A stretch of DNA of 64,000 nucleotides from an uncultured Chloroflexia bacterium (GCA_963837215.1 CAWIML010000009.1:295058-359057), one strand, 5' to 3'. Counted from the first letter of the stretch, positions 1 through 10,512 are shown. Notes: a model not told the origin generated them from the letters alone. Numbers and translations are program-made.

Positions 1-231
1 CAGGGTCAGGGTCCAGGTGCCATCGTCGGTGCAACTCACGCTGGTGGTGGCGGCGGTCGGGCTGCCGAAGACGCAGCCGGCGCCGATGTCGGTGCCCACG
101 CCGAGGGCGCTCCAGAGGAGGCTGGGCGTGTCGTCGCTGTCCGTCACGCTGCCCGAGAGGGCGACCGAGGCGCCCTCGGCCCCGGTCGTGATGTCGGCGC
201 CGGCGTCGACGACCGGCGGATCGTTGGGCAC
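1..231. repeat. Copy 1 of a ~231-bp direct repeat inside the adhesin gene. Only one mismatch; the unit may extend upstream of the window.
   Basis: Positions 1..231 equal 568..798 except for a c/g difference at 152/719. It encodes one PKD-type protein repeat. Confidence 0.85.
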
Positions 232-3015
232 GGTGGTCACGGTGATCGTCAGCGTGTCGGCGCCGACACCCGTGTCGTCGTCGGTCACGGTCACGGTCAC
301 GGTGTACGTGCCGGGTGCGCCATAGCTGTGGCTGCCGGTCACGGTGCCGGCGACCACGGTGCCGGCCTCGATGGTCCCGTCGTCCCAGTCGATCTGGGCG
401 GTGTGGCTGTCGTTCGTGCCGGCGTCGCTGAAGGTGGCCGGGTCGAGGCTGACGGTGGCGCCCACGGCGGCCGCCTGGTCTGCCCCGGCGGCGACGACCG
501 GGTCGGCGTTGGTGAGGGTCAGGGTCAGGCTGTCGGCGACCGGCGGGTTGGTCCCGTCGTCGGCGGTCAGGGTCAGGGTCCAGGTGCCATCGTCGGTGCA
601 ACTCACGCTGGTGGTGGCGGCGGTCGGGCTGCCGAAGACGCAGCCGGCGCCGATGTCGGTGCCCACGCCGAGGGCGCTCCAGAGGAGGCTGGGCGTGTCG
701 TCGCTGTCGGTCACGCTGCCCGAGAGGGCGACCGAGGCGCCCTCGGCCCCGGTCGTGATGTCGGCGCCGGCGTCGACGACCGGCGGATCGTCGACTTCAA
801 TGACGGTGATGGTCACGGACGCGGTATCCGCTCCGCCCCGGCCGTCGGTGATGGTGTAGGTGAACGAGTCGGTGCCGCTGAAGTCCGGATCCGGCGTGTA
901 TGTCACGGTCCCGTCGATCTCGATCACGGCTGACCCATTGGCTGGATCGAGACGGCGATGACCGTCAGCGGATCGCCGTCAGCATCAGTGTCGTTGGCCA
1001 GGACGTCGATGTTGACGGGGACGTCCTCATTCGTCGTGATCCCATCGTCGTCGACAGCGACCGGCAACTGGCCGGCACCCTCCGAGCAGCCCGCGTCACC
1101 GGCTGCGTACGCTCGCAGATCGTCGATCAGCACGGCCGAATCGAGGATAGGGTCGCCGGCATCGAAGATCGACAAGTACAAGCTGTGAGCACCAGGCGTG
1201 ACCGGTGTCTGTGCCTGGAGCAACGCCGTTGCGCCGTCGTACTGCATCCCGTTATCGGTTTCGACCCGATCCGAATCGAAGAAGGAGCTGTTGACACTGA
1301 TGACGTCGCCTGCCAGGTCGAAGGCAAAGTTGTCCGGAGCCGTGATCGTGGAGCCGCTGACGGACCAGGTACTCGTGTCCAGTTCTGCCGCGAAGCCGTC
1401 GTTGAACGGCGATCCGACGAACTCGGGGTACTCCTCGCTTGCGAAGAGGACGCTGAAGGCAAGGCAGTCCGCCGCCTGCGGCACCGTCAGATCGAGGCGG
1501 AGGATCGAGACGTCGAAGGCGCCGCGGAGTTGCGTGCCGTTATCGCGGCCAGCTCCGGAGTCGTCGTTGGGACCATCGGCAAGGGCAGCGCTACCCGTCG
1601 TCATCAGGGCGAGCGTCGGGCCGACCGGAGTGAAGAGGGGTGTCAGGTTGGAACCACTGGCGGCATGGGCCGTCGTCGAACTGCAGGCGACCCATTCCTG
1701 GCCCGTAAGGAGTCCGGCGTCACCGAGTGCACCGGTGAGCACAGGGCACGGCTCGACCGTGACAGTAACGGTGGCCGAATCGGAGCCGCCGTCACCGTCA
1801 TCGATCGTGTAGGCGAAGGTGTCGATCCCGGTGAAGCCGAGCGCGGGCGCGTACAGGCACGACAGCCCGTCTGTGCAATCTACCGTCCCGCTCTGGGCGG
1901 ACGGGTACTGGCCCCCGGTGATCGTCAGCGTGTCGAAATTGGCATCCGTGTCGTTGGACGTAAGGCCGAGTTCGGTCTGGCTCGCTTCGGCCACGGTATA
2001 GGCATCGTCGGTCGCGACCGGCGGCGTATTCGGGGCTATGGTGATCGAGAAGGTGGCGACGTTGGAGTCGCTGGCCCCGTCATTGGCATACCAGGTGAAA
2101 CTATCGAGACCCTGGTAACCGGTCGCGGGTGTATAGATGCACGAACCGAAGGTGCAGTCGCCGAGGCTGCCGTGGCTCGGGCCGCTGTCGATGACGAACG
2201 TCAGCGCCTCGAACTCGGCGTCAGCCGCCTCGAGATCCACGTTCAGCGGCAAGTCGATCTTCGTCTGGCCGGCCTGATCGTCGGCCATCGGCGGCAGGTT
2301 CGTCGCGATCGTGATCGAGACCGTGCCGACGTTGGAGTCGGCGGTCCCGTCGTTGGCGTGCCAGGTGAACGCGTCTGCGCCCTGATACCCGGTCGCAGGG
2401 GTGTAGCTGCACGAGCCGAAGTTGCAGTCACCGAGGACGCCGTGGTCCGGGCCGTTGTCGATGACGAAGGTCAGGTCGTCGTCATTGGCGTCGGAGGCAG
2501 CGAGGTTGATGAAGAGCGGTTCATCCGTATGGGTCTGCTCCGCCTGGTCGGTGGCGACCGGTGGTGAGTTCGGCACGATGATGATCGAGAACGTCGCGAA
2601 GTTCGAGTCGTCCGTCGCGTCGCTGGCGTGCCAGGTGAATGAGTCCGGCCCGTCATAGTCGGTTTCTGGCGTATATGTGCGAGAAGCCGAACATGCAGTC
2701 GTCGAGCGTGCCATGGTCAGGGCCGCTATCGATGGTGAACGTCAGGACGTCGAAGTCGTCGTCAAGTGCATCGAGCACGAGGTCGAGCGGGACGTCGACC
2801 TTCGTTTGCGCGGCTTGGTCGCTCGCCACGGGCACAGCCGCGAAGACGGCTGCCGGGGCGATGGCGGCCAGGAACATGGCCAGGACGACGGCCGAGGGCA
2901 GACTCCGGCTATGTGCCCTGGATCGGCGGCGGTCGCTTTGTGGGGTGGGCTGGCGGCGAGTCGGAGCTGAGGTGACGGTCGTACGACCGCGAACGGACGA
3001 GAACCGATGACGCAT
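1..3015 (-). CDS. Giant secreted repeat protein (adhesin-like). It has an N-terminal signal peptide, tandem ~95-aa cadherin-like/Big-type repeats and PKD domains; the C-terminus runs past the window start. The reading frame is broken twice (~2690 and ~948), either a pseudogene or indel errors.
   Basis: Minus-strand pieces are the ORF 2653..3432 (its tail is MFLAAIAPAAVFAAVPVASDQ... signal peptide plus the first repeat), ORF 924..2714 (repeats of the form LTFVIDNGPDHGVLGDC-FGSC-YTPATGYQGADAFTWHANDG) and an unlisted frame 1..978. My own translation of that frame gives GSHSYGAPGTYTVTVTVTDDDTG (a PKD motif) and AVIEIDGTVTYTPDPDFSGTDSFTYTITDG (a cadherin-like motif). The repeat periodicity continues across both frame junctions. 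Confidence 0.7.
568..798. repeat. Copy 2 of the intragenic ~231-bp direct repeat.
   Basis: Read directly from the sequence; both copies end at ggcggatcgt, after which the sequences diverge. Confidence 0.85.
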
Positions 3016-3233
3016 CGAGTGGACCCCAGGCTGCGAGAGCGATAAGTGCATGGGTCGTGGTTCGGTCTCGCCACTGGCTCGACGCGGGGCTCGTTGGGCG
3101 ACCGTGTGTAGCCCCCGCGTGTCAGCGCCTCCCTCGACGTTGGCGGAGTATGCGCGCCGTGGCCCATGCGGCGTCATGCCATAAGGCAGAAGGCGGTGCC
3201 TAGGGCACCGGCCGCGCCGAGGGCGCGGGGCTG

Positions 3234-4175
3234 CTACGGCTCCGTGATGGCGGCCGCATAGCGCTCTGGCGTCACGTTGCGGCCGGTGACCAGGACGACC
3301 AGCTTCCGAACGGCCGGCACCTTGCCGGCCAGCACCGCGGCCACGCCGGCGGCACCGGCACCCTCGGCGATCAGCCCGTGATGGATCATCAGCCAGCGCA
3401 TGGCTGCTCGGATCTCGGCCTCGGTCGCGCACACGAACCGGGCATCGCCCAGGAGCGACGGCGTCACAGAGCCTGGTTCGATGTTGCCGGCCAGCCCGTC
3501 TGCGAGCGTGTCGCCGTAGATGATGGGCACGGTCTTGCCGGCCGCCACGGCCGTCGAGACGGCCAACGACGCGCAGGCCTCGACCCCGACCAGCTCCACG
3601 TCACGGCGTCGTCGCGCCCAGAGTGCGACACCTGCCAGCAGGCCGCCACCGCCGACCGGCACCACGATCGTCAACGGGCCCGAGGCCTGTGTCTCGAGCT
3701 CGCGGCCGACCGTGCTCGTACCGGCGATGACCATGGTGTCGTTGTACGGCGAGACGTAGGTCGATCCGGGCCCGACCAGTGTCGGAGCGTAGGCCTCGGC
3801 GGCATCTGCGGTGCCGTGCAGGATGAGCTCGATCGGCTGTGCGCGGAGTTTGGCGATCTTGGCCGGCGATGCCTGCTCGGAGACGACGACCGTCGCCTGG
3901 AGCCCGAAGAGGGAGGCCGCCCAGGCAACGGCGAGGCCATGGTTGCCGGCGCTGGCCGCGATGACGTGGTGGCCGGTCGGTAGACGCGACAGCGACGACA
4001 GCGCGCCGCGGACCTTGAACGACCCGGTCGGCTGCAACGTCTCCAGCTTCAACCAGGCGTCAGGTGCCAGCGGGCTGGCGACCAACGGCGTCGGCGCCAG
4101 GCGCGCCGATACCGTCGACCAGGCCGCGTCGAGGTCAGCTTGGGTCGGTACTGTGACGCGGCGGATGGTCGTCAT
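3234..4175 (-). CDS. PLP-dependent threonine/serine dehydratase (tryptophan-synthase-beta fold).
   Basis: GSFKVRGA PLP-lysine motif, a glycine-rich VPVGGGGL loop and a length of 313 aa. It is the last gene of the kinase / TolB-like / dehydratase operon. Confidence 0.85.
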   Translation of the reverse strand: MTTIRRVTVPTQADLDAAWSTVSARLAPTPLVASPLAPDAWLKLETLQPTGSFKVRGALSSLSRLPTGHHVIAASAGNHGLAVAWAASLFGLQATVVVSEQASPAKIAKLRAQPIELILHGTADAAEAYAPTLVGPGSTYVSPYNDTMVIAGTSTVGRELETQASGPLTIVVPVGGGGLLAGVALWARRRRDVELVGVEACASLAVSTAVAAGKTVPIIYGDTLADGLAGNIEPGSVTPSLLGDARFVCATEAEIRAAMRWLMIHHGLIAEGAGAAGVAAVLAGKVPAVRKLVVLVTGRNVTPERYAAAITEP

Positions 4176-4184
4176 TCGTGTGGA

Positions 4185-5543
4185 TCAACGAAGCTCCTGG
4201 GGATCGGGACCCCAGAATGCGATCTCGCCCTCGGCGATGGTGCGCGGCTCGCCGCCGTCAACCGGCACGATGCTGATCTGCGCCTGCCCGTCCGCCCCGA
4301 CGAGCGGCAGGACCAGCGCATCGCCCTGAGGTGACCATATCCGGTGGCTCAGCGCGTACTGGTCGAAGAATGGCAGGACCTGGCTGTTGAATGTGTTCGA
4401 GAGTCTTACGGCGCGGTCGACGAGCACGGTGCCGTCGTCCGCGGTCAGGACCACGAGCTGGAGTGTGTTCGCCTCGGCCGTCGGTCGGGCGTCGACGCTG
4501 GCTGGCAACCGGCCACGGCTTGCCACTTGGCGCGGCTCGTCGGAGGGCAGGGCGAGCGCCGCGATCGAGGCGCCCTCTGGTGACCAGAAGAATGCGATGA
4601 CATCGCTCTCGAGGAGGGTGCGTGGTTCGGTCGAGGTCGGGTCGAGGAGCTCGAGCGGACCGAGGGGCACCGGGCTGTCCTCCCGCGGCGCGATGAAGGC
4701 GAGGCTCTGGGAGCCCGTGCCCCAGCCGAGCGCCGTCGGCCCACGCACCGCGACCCGACGGATGCTGCCGTCGCGGCTGTCCTCGACGACGATGGCGGCT
4801 GAACGGATCTCCGGCTCCGGTTCCTCGGTCGAGATGACGTAGGCACGACTCAGCCCGTCACTCGAGACGCCCGGCGCCTGGAACCGGCCGGGCACGATGG
4901 CCGCCCGTCGCGCCTCGGAGCCGTCAAGGCCGAGCTCTCCGACATATGCGTCGGGTCCATCGCCGCCGGCGTGGACGAGGAGCCGATCTTCGGCCGTCCA
5001 GGCCCAGTACATCGGGGCACCTCGCCGAACGATGCCGCCGGGCGTGGAGCCGTCGGCCGGCGCCGCCCGCAACGCGAGGCCGTCGGACTCGCTGGTCAGG
5101 AACGTGACTTGACGGCCATCCGGCGACCAGTAGAGGTAGAACGGCGGCTCCTCACTGCTCCGGTAGATCGGGTTCGGGACCCGCTCCGGCGACGGTGCCT
5201 CCGCGCCGTCCTCGAGCACGAAAAGGCCAGCTCCCTGGTCACCGACCACCGCCAGCCGCGCGCCGTCCGGCGACCAGGCTGGGAACTGGGACGGGCCGCC
5301 CGTCAACGCATACGCGCGCTCCGAGCCGCCGGCTGCGTCCATCGTCCTGATCAACCCGGCCCCGTCGACGACGACGATCCGCCCGGCGACCGACGGCCCG
5401 GTCGTGCGTGGGCTCCCGGCGAGGCGGAGCAGCCCGACGGCCACGGCCAGAGTCACGACAACCAAGGCGACGACCAGCACGAGCAGGAGCGGACGCCCTC
5501 GCGGTGGCGTTGTGGTCGAAGAGCTACCCTGAGCGGCGGTCAT
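4185..5543 (-). CDS. Membrane-anchored TolB-like beta-propeller protein (PD40/WSPDG repeats).
   Basis: An N-terminal TM helix (LLLVLVVALVVVTLAVAVG) followed by four W-SP-D/E/Q-G repeats (AWSPDGARL, YWSPDGRQV, FWSPEGASI, IWSPQGDAL). Its ATG at 5543 overlaps the TGA of the upstream kinase (ATGA). Confidence 0.7.
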   Translation of the reverse strand: MTAAQGSSSTTTPPRGRPLLLVLVVALVVVTLAVAVGLLRLAGSPRTTGPSVAGRIVVVDGAGLIRTMDAAGGSERAYALTGGPSQFPAWSPDGARLAVVGDQGAGLFVLEDGAEAPSPERVPNPIYRSSEEPPFYLYWSPDGRQVTFLTSESDGLALRAAPADGSTPGGIVRRGAPMYWAWTAEDRLLVHAGGDGPDAYVGELGLDGSEARRAAIVPGRFQAPGVSSDGLSRAYVISTEEPEPEIRSAAIVVEDSRDGSIRRVAVRGPTALGWGTGSQSLAFIAPREDSPVPLGPLELLDPTSTEPRTLLESDVIAFFWSPEGASIAALALPSDEPRQVASRGRLPASVDARPTAEANTLQLVVLTADDGTVLVDRAVRLSNTFNSQVLPFFDQYALSHRIWSPQGDALVLPLVGADGQAQISIVPVDGGEPRTIAEGEIAFWGPDPQELR

Positions 5544-6523
5544 CGGATGACATCCGAGGTCATCGCGCTGGTCAGCGCCCGCTCCAGCTCCGAACGGTCC
5601 GGCAGGCCAGCCTGGTCGCCCACGACCGAGACGACCGCCGCGCCGCAGATCGCCCCGATCTCGATGGCCCATCCCAGGTCGCCGCCCTCGAGCCGCGCGG
5701 CGATGAAGCCGGCGCAGAAGGCATCGCCAGCACCGACCGGGTCGATCGCTCTGGCGACTGGCACGGCCGCACGATGAACGGGCGCCTCGCCCTGGCCCCA
5801 GGCGAGGGCACCCTCGGCGCCCAGCTTGATGACCGCGATCGTCGGTCCGAGTTCGAGCAGTGATGTGGCCAGTGCCGGCGTGTCGCCAGCGTCGACGCCC
5901 GTGATGGCGGCCGCCTCGTCGGGGCTCGCAAAGACGACAGATGCCCGTGTCGCGAGGTCGCGCAGGACCGGCGATGCTTCATCGTCGGACCAGAGCTTGC
6001 GACGGAGGTTGAGGTCGAGGCTGATCGTCATGCCGGCATTTCCGGCCAGCTCGACGGCCCGCTCCACCGCCGTCCGCGCCGTCTCGGACAGGGCCGGCGT
6101 GATGCCGGTCACATGCAGCCAGCGGGCGCCCCGCATGACCTTCGACGAGAAGGCCCCGACGACATCCTCGGGCCGCAGGCGGGAACCCGCCGACCCACTC
6201 CGCAGATACGTCACCTGGGCCGCACCGAACTCGCGACGCTCGCGAACCACCATGCCCGTCTGCGCGCCGGGATCGGTGATCAGCATCGAGACATCCACGC
6301 CCTCGCCGCGCAGGCGCCGCCGCACGGCAGTGCCGAAGCCGTCGTCCCCGACGCGTCCGATGAAAGCGCTCGCATGACCCAGTCGTGACAGTCCGACGGC
6401 GACATTGGCCTCGGCACCTGCCACATGCCGTTCGAACGTGTTGGCCTCAGCGAGCGGCCCCACTTCGCGGGCCACGAGCGCGATGAGCGCCTCGCCCAGC
6501 GTCACGACCTCGATCGCTGCCAC
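5540..6523 (-). CDS. PfkB-family carbohydrate kinase (ribokinase / 2-keto-3-deoxygluconate kinase-like).
   Basis: DPVGAGDAF nucleotide-binding motif and GG dipeptide. I place the start at the GTG at 6523, which is preceded by GAGGAGG with 8-nt spacing; the longer listed ORF has an N-terminus that does not look like protein. Confidence 0.8.
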   Translation of the reverse strand: MAAIEVVTLGEALIALVAREVGPLAEANTFERHVAGAEANVAVGLSRLGHASAFIGRVGDDGFGTAVRRRLRGEGVDVSMLITDPGAQTGMVVRERREFGAAQVTYLRSGSAGSRLRPEDVVGAFSSKVMRGARWLHVTGITPALSETARTAVERAVELAGNAGMTISLDLNLRRKLWSDDEASPVLRDLATRASVVFASPDEAAAITGVDAGDTPALATSLLELGPTIAVIKLGAEGALAWGQGEAPVHRAAVPVARAIDPVGAGDAFCAGFIAARLEGGDLGWAIEIGAICGAAVVSVVGDQAGLPDRSELERALTSAMTSDVIR

Positions 6524-6733
6524 TGGGCCTGCCTCCTCGCGTCCGTGAACCTTCGGTTGCCGGACGTTGGATCGGCCGGCTGCATGGCGTTCCGCGTCGG
6601 GCTCCGGGTCATCATGAACGATGAGCTGCGAGGACGTCTGCCATGAACGTGTAATGCATCTGCATGGTTGATGACGACGATGGCAGGTGCCCGTAGCGGA
6701 CGATACTGGCCCTGATCGCACCGAGGTTCCGAC

Positions 6734-7592
6734 ATGTCTTTCGACCCGAACGCACGGCTCGACCCGGACCAGCTCCAGGACCGCCGCGGTCGCGTCGGTG
6801 GCCGCGGCATCGCGGTCGGTGGTGGTGGCGTTGGCCTCGTCCTGGTCATCGCCTATCTCCTGCTCGGTGGCGACCCATCGCAGCTCGTCCTCGACGGGCG
6901 GCGCTGGCGCCGTATCCGGCCCGGATTCGACGACCCTCCAGGCCGAGTGCGAGACGGGCACCGATGCCAACACACGGGCTGATTGCCGGATCGTCGGCTA
7001 TGTCAACAGCATCCAGGCCTATTGGTCGGATGCCTTCGCCGCTTCAGGTGAGCGCTACACAGAGTCCGACACGATCCTCTTCACCGACCAGACGTCGACC
7101 GGCTGCGGGCTCGCGTCATCGGCGGTCGGTCCCTTCTATTGCCCGAACGACGCCAGCATCTATCTCGACCTCGGCTTCTTCGATGCGCTCCAGCAGCGCT
7201 TCGGGGCGCGCGGTGGCGACTTCGCCGAGGCCTACGTGGTGGCGCACGAGTACGGCCATCACGTCCAGGACCTCCTGGGCGTCCTGGCCACGGCGCGCGA
7301 CTCCGGAGCCGGGGGCGCGTCCGTGCGGATCGAGCTGATGGCCGACTGCCTGTCCGGGGTCTGGGCCAGCAATGCGACCGAGACCGGGTTCCTGGTGCCT
7401 TTGACGCAGGCGGATGTCGCCGAAGCGCTCGACGCTGCGGCCGCGGTCGGCGACGACCGCATCCAGGCGCGCACCGAGGGTCAGGTCAACCCCGAGAGCT
7501 GGACCCACGGGTCGTCCGAGGAGCGACAGGCGTGGTTCACGACTGGCTTCGACGCTGGGAACGCCGACGCCTGCGACACGTTCAGCGAGTAG
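6734..7592 (+). CDS. YpfJ-family neutral zinc metallopeptidase (HExxH); one frame change at ~6893.
   Basis: The N-terminus [19 protein letters not shown]...GGGG...LLLGGDP (ORF 6734..6982) matches the YpfJ N-terminus. The remainder (ORF 6687..7592) carries [14 protein letters not shown] and IGDDRIQ. The frame change falls in a G-run (gacgggcgg). Confidence 0.8.
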
Positions 7593-7617
7593 CCGGTCCG
7601 TCGACGCCGACGATGAA

Positions 7618-7653
7618 ACACCCGGCGTGGCTGGTGGCCACGCCGGGTGTTCG
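7618..7653. terminator. GC-rich hairpin between convergent genes (candidate bidirectional terminator).
   Basis: acacccggcgtgg / ccacgccgggtgt 13-bp inverted repeat immediately after the YpfJ stop. No strong U-tract follows. Confidence 0.4.
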
Positions 7654-7710
7654 ATGCGATCGACCGTCGGTCGGCTCGCCGACCGCGATCGGAGTGGGAG
7701 TGGCAGGGGC

Positions 7711-8184
7711 TTAGGGCTTGCGCTCGAAGGTCGGGTCCCTATCCTCGGTCCGGACCGTGACCCGGTCCTCGTCAGCACTCTCTTCGGTCTTGTCCCCAGC
7801 TCCGGCACCCGCGCCAGCACCGACGGCACCACCGACGACGGCGCCCGGAGGCCCCGCCACCAGTCCGCCGATGGCAGCACCGGCCACGGCTCCGCCCCCT
7901 GCGCCCAGGCCAGCTCCGGCTTCATCGTCGCCCTCGGTCGCTTCGCCGGCGACTGCGCCGACCACCGCGCCGGTGACGCCGCCGACGGCCGCGCCAACCG
8001 GCCCGCCGACGGCCATGCCGACCCCGGCACCTGCGAGGGCGCCGGCGCCAGCTCCGATAGCCTCGGCGCCGACCTCGTCGGTCGGCTTCTTGGTCACGAC
8101 CTCGGTCTCCTCGGCGGCGACCCGATCAGGGTGCCGAGTGCTTACCGTCTGTTCGACGGTCTCTCCCGCTTCGTTGCGACCCAT
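7711..8184 (-). CDS. Glycine-zipper (GxxxG-rich) small protein.
   Basis: Repeated GAGAGALAGAGVG / VGGAVGAGAGAG zippers with an acidic N-terminus. A purine-rich RBS lies upstream of the ATG at 8184. Confidence 0.55.
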   Translation of the reverse strand: MGRNEAGETVEQTVSTRHPDRVAAEETEVVTKKPTDEVGAEAIGAGAGALAGAGVGMAVGGPVGAAVGGVTGAVVGAVAGEATEGDDEAGAGLGAGGGAVAGAAIGGLVAGPPGAVVGGAVGAGAGAGAGDKTEESADEDRVTVRTEDRDPTFERKP

Positions 8185-8299
8185 GTCTGCGTTCCCTTTC
8201 CCATGGTCCCGACGTCATCTGCGTCGGCCCAGGTCAAGGGTCGGATGCTGGTTCATGCGCCCGAGTCACTGTCCGGGCTCAGGACCTTCCATCGGCGTA

Positions 8300-8551
8300 T
8301 CACCCCGCTGGGTGAGCCACCGCATCCTCGTCATCCATGGCGATGTCGTATCGCCGGGCCGCGGCGACGATCTTCCGGCGCGCCGTCTCCCGCGCCGACT
8401 TCGACGGGAAATCGGTCTGATTCCAACGGGAGATGGCGTTCTTCACATGGCTTTCGTCGTGGATCGGCAGGTGGCCGACGCCCTCGGCATCGACGAATGC
8501 GAACTGATTCCGCCGGAGCTTCCGACGGTCGGCAGCATCGAGCTCCGCCAT
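8300..8551 (-). CDS. Conserved hypothetical protein (83 aa); last gene of the hemerythrin operon.
   Basis: The ORF is protein-like. Its start follows 1 nt after the upstream stop (TGAgATG), indicating coupling. Confidence 0.5.
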   Translation of the reverse strand: MAELDAADRRKLRRNQFAFVDAEGVGHLPIHDESHVKNAISRWNQTDFPSKSARETARRKIVAAARRYDIAMDDEDAVAHPAG

Positions 8552-8552
8552 C

Positions 8553-8915
8553 TCAGTGCACCGGCGGCCGGAGCGGGTCGCGCGCCATCCATGTCCCTGC
8601 GACGACCAACGCCGGGGCGAAGGCCAGAAGCGTCAGCAGGCGAGGGGCGCCCGCCAGATAGAGCCCGGCACCGAAGCCGATCGAGAGCGTGGCCAACAAC
8701 CGCCGCGTCGGATCGGGCATCGAATCCACCGTCCGAGCCGCATCTCGTGCGCCATCTCGGACCGCTTCGACCGCTTCCGGCACTCGGTCGACGAGGCGGG
8801 CAGAGCCGTCCTCCACCTGGCCGGCCAGGTCGCGAGCGGAAGCGGCAAGCTCCTGCACGCGAGACTCGTAGGTGTCCTTGTCGGGCTTGCGCGTCTTGAC
8901 GTCGTTGGTGGTCAT
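8553..8915 (-). CDS. DUF883/ElaB-like protein with a C-terminal membrane anchor.
   Basis: Perfect AAGGAGGA RBS 6 nt before the ATG at 8915. A coiled N-terminus plus C-terminal TM (LLATLSIGFGAGLYLAG...LLTLLAFAPALVVAG). Confidence 0.55.
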   Translation of the reverse strand: MTTNDVKTRKPDKDTYESRVQELAASARDLAGQVEDGSARLVDRVPEAVEAVRDGARDAARTVDSMPDPTRRLLATLSIGFGAGLYLAGAPRLLTLLAFAPALVVAGTWMARDPLRPPVH

Positions 8916-8953
8916 CTCGTCCTCCTTGTGCGTTCTGCTTCGGCTCTCGGCCG

Positions 8954-9415
8954 TCATCGGACCTGGCTCGTCATCTGGCCTTCCATAGCCGCCTTCCGGT
9001 CCGCCATCCGCTCGCCGAGCTCCTTGAGCTCGCCGGCGTCAAAGACCTGACGCGCCTTCTCGAACATCTCGCCCTCTTCCTCTTCGATATGGTGCTCGAT
9101 GTTCTCTCTCATCACGGTCGCCTTCGCTCCCCACCGCTCGTCGGCCGGCGACAACGCCTCGAGCTCCCCCATGAGCGTGTCGACCACGTTGTGCTCCTCG
9201 AAGCCTTCAAGCACGATCTCGCGCGCCCGGGGATGCTGCTTCAGCGCCGGATAGAAGATCTCCTCCTCGATCGTTTCGTGGACCGAGAGCTCGGCCTTGA
9301 TTCGCGCGAACAGCTCGGTGCGCGTCTTGACCCCGCGCTCGGTGGTCGTCTCGAGCTCGGTGAGCAATCGTTTCACCTTGCGATGATCCTCGCGCAGCAG
9401 GGTCAGGGCGTCCAT
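8954..9415 (-). CDS. Hemerythrin-like (HHE cation-binding) domain protein.
   Basis: The start MDALTLLREDHRKVKRLL and H/E-rich motifs (HETIEEEIFYP, EEHNVVD, ENIEHHIEEEE). A GGAGGA RBS lies upstream of the ATG at 9415. Confidence 0.8.
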   Translation of the reverse strand: MDALTLLREDHRKVKRLLTELETTTERGVKTRTELFARIKAELSVHETIEEEIFYPALKQHPRAREIVLEGFEEHNVVDTLMGELEALSPADERWGAKATVMRENIEHHIEEEEGEMFEKARQVFDAGELKELGERMADRKAAMEGQMTSQVR

Positions 9416-9558
9416 GTCGATCCTCCGGTGTCGTGATGGGTGCGGTCCTCCACCTTCCGCCATGCACGCTTGCGCGCGCGGGCGCCAGCAGACGCCGCAG
9501 GGTTGCAGGTCTGTTGCGCTCTCGAGCGGTGGCCGGACGCGTCCAGACCTCGACGAGG

Positions 9559-10512
9559 TCAGATCCAGCGTTTGACGCGGGCCACGCTCAGGATGGCCAG
9601 CGCGACACCGACCATCACGCCGACGACGATCATGAAGGCGCGCCCATCGTCGAAGATCGGCAGGTCGAAGTTCATGCCCATGACACCCGCCAGGACCGCC
9701 GCCGGCAGGAACATGGCCGACAGGACGGTCAACGTCTGGATCGCCCGATTCGAGCGCTGACCGGTGCGGGCCATAAGGATGTCGAAGGAGCCGAGCAACA
9801 GCTCTCGGGCGTTCTCTGCGGCAGCCATGGTCTGGCGCAGCCGATCGATGAGGCCCGGCCATGGGCGACCGAGCTCCTCGTGGAGCTCGAAATCGGGTCG
9901 AGCGAGCGCCGCGAAGGCCGCCTCATGCGGGGCCAGTGCGCGACGCACGAATGCGATCCGGCGGCGGAGCCGGATGATCGGCTCCAGCAGCTCGTCGCCG
10001 GTCGCCCGCAGCGCACGGTCGTCGAGTTCATCGATCTCACGCACGACATCCTCGATCCAGGCACCGTAGCCCGTCAGCACCCGGTCGACGATGATGCCCA
10101 TGAATTGTCCGGCGGCGAGCTTGCCGAGGCGGGAGTCGCCAGGGTGCTCCTCGTCAAGACCGCTCAGCGCCGGGACCTCGTCTCGATGCACGGTCACGAC
10201 GAAGTCGCGACCGACGAGGAGGTCGATCTCAGCCACGCGCAGATCCTCGTCGCCGATGACCGCAGCCATGGTCAAGTGGACGTAGCTCGGATGGAGCCGG
10301 ATCCGCGCTCGTCCGAGGCGGCGGCTCAAGTCATGCATCGTCTCGGGTAGCCAGTCGAAGACGCCGGCGAGTCGCTCCATGTCGTGATCGTCGGGCGCCA
10401 GGACGTCGATCCACAGGATCTCGTCGTTAGCGAGCCCTGCGAGGGGGTGATCGTCGACGGCTACATCACGATCCTCCCCGGCCGCGTCGAAGAGGCGAGC
10501 CTCGATGGGCAC
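9559..10512 (-). CDS. corA: CorA-family Mg2+/Co2+ transporter.
   Basis: GMNF signature plus two C-terminal TM helices; 317 aa. Confidence 0.9.
   Translation of the reverse strand: MPIEARLFDAAGEDRDVAVDDHPLAGLANDEILWIDVLAPDDHDMERLAGVFDWLPETMHDLSRRLGRARIRLHPSYVHLTMAAVIGDEDLRVAEIDLLVGRDFVVTVHRDEVPALSGLDEEHPGDSRLGKLAAGQFMGIIVDRVLTGYGAWIEDVVREIDELDDRALRATGDELLEPIIRLRRRIAFVRRALAPHEAAFAALARPDFELHEELGRPWPGLIDRLRQTMAAAENARELLLGSFDILMARTGQRSNRAIQTLTVLSAMFLPAAVLAGVMGMNFDLPIFDDGRAFMIVVGVMVGVALAILSVARVKRWI

Noticed and set aside
328-2567. Long plus-strand ORFs (328..933, 344..859, 900..2567) with Ala/Gly/Arg-rich translations.
   Set aside because: They are antisense to the repeat-rich adhesin gene. The compositions are GC-driven (Arg/Gly/Ala runs) with no domain signal, and the minus strand carries clear PKD/cadherin motifs.
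7718-8899. 393-aa plus-strand Pro/Ala-rich ORF.
   Set aside because: It overlaps the glycine-zipper gene, the hemerythrin operon genes and their RBSs on the opposite strand. It is low-complexity PAPAPT text typical of the reverse frame of Gly-rich genes.
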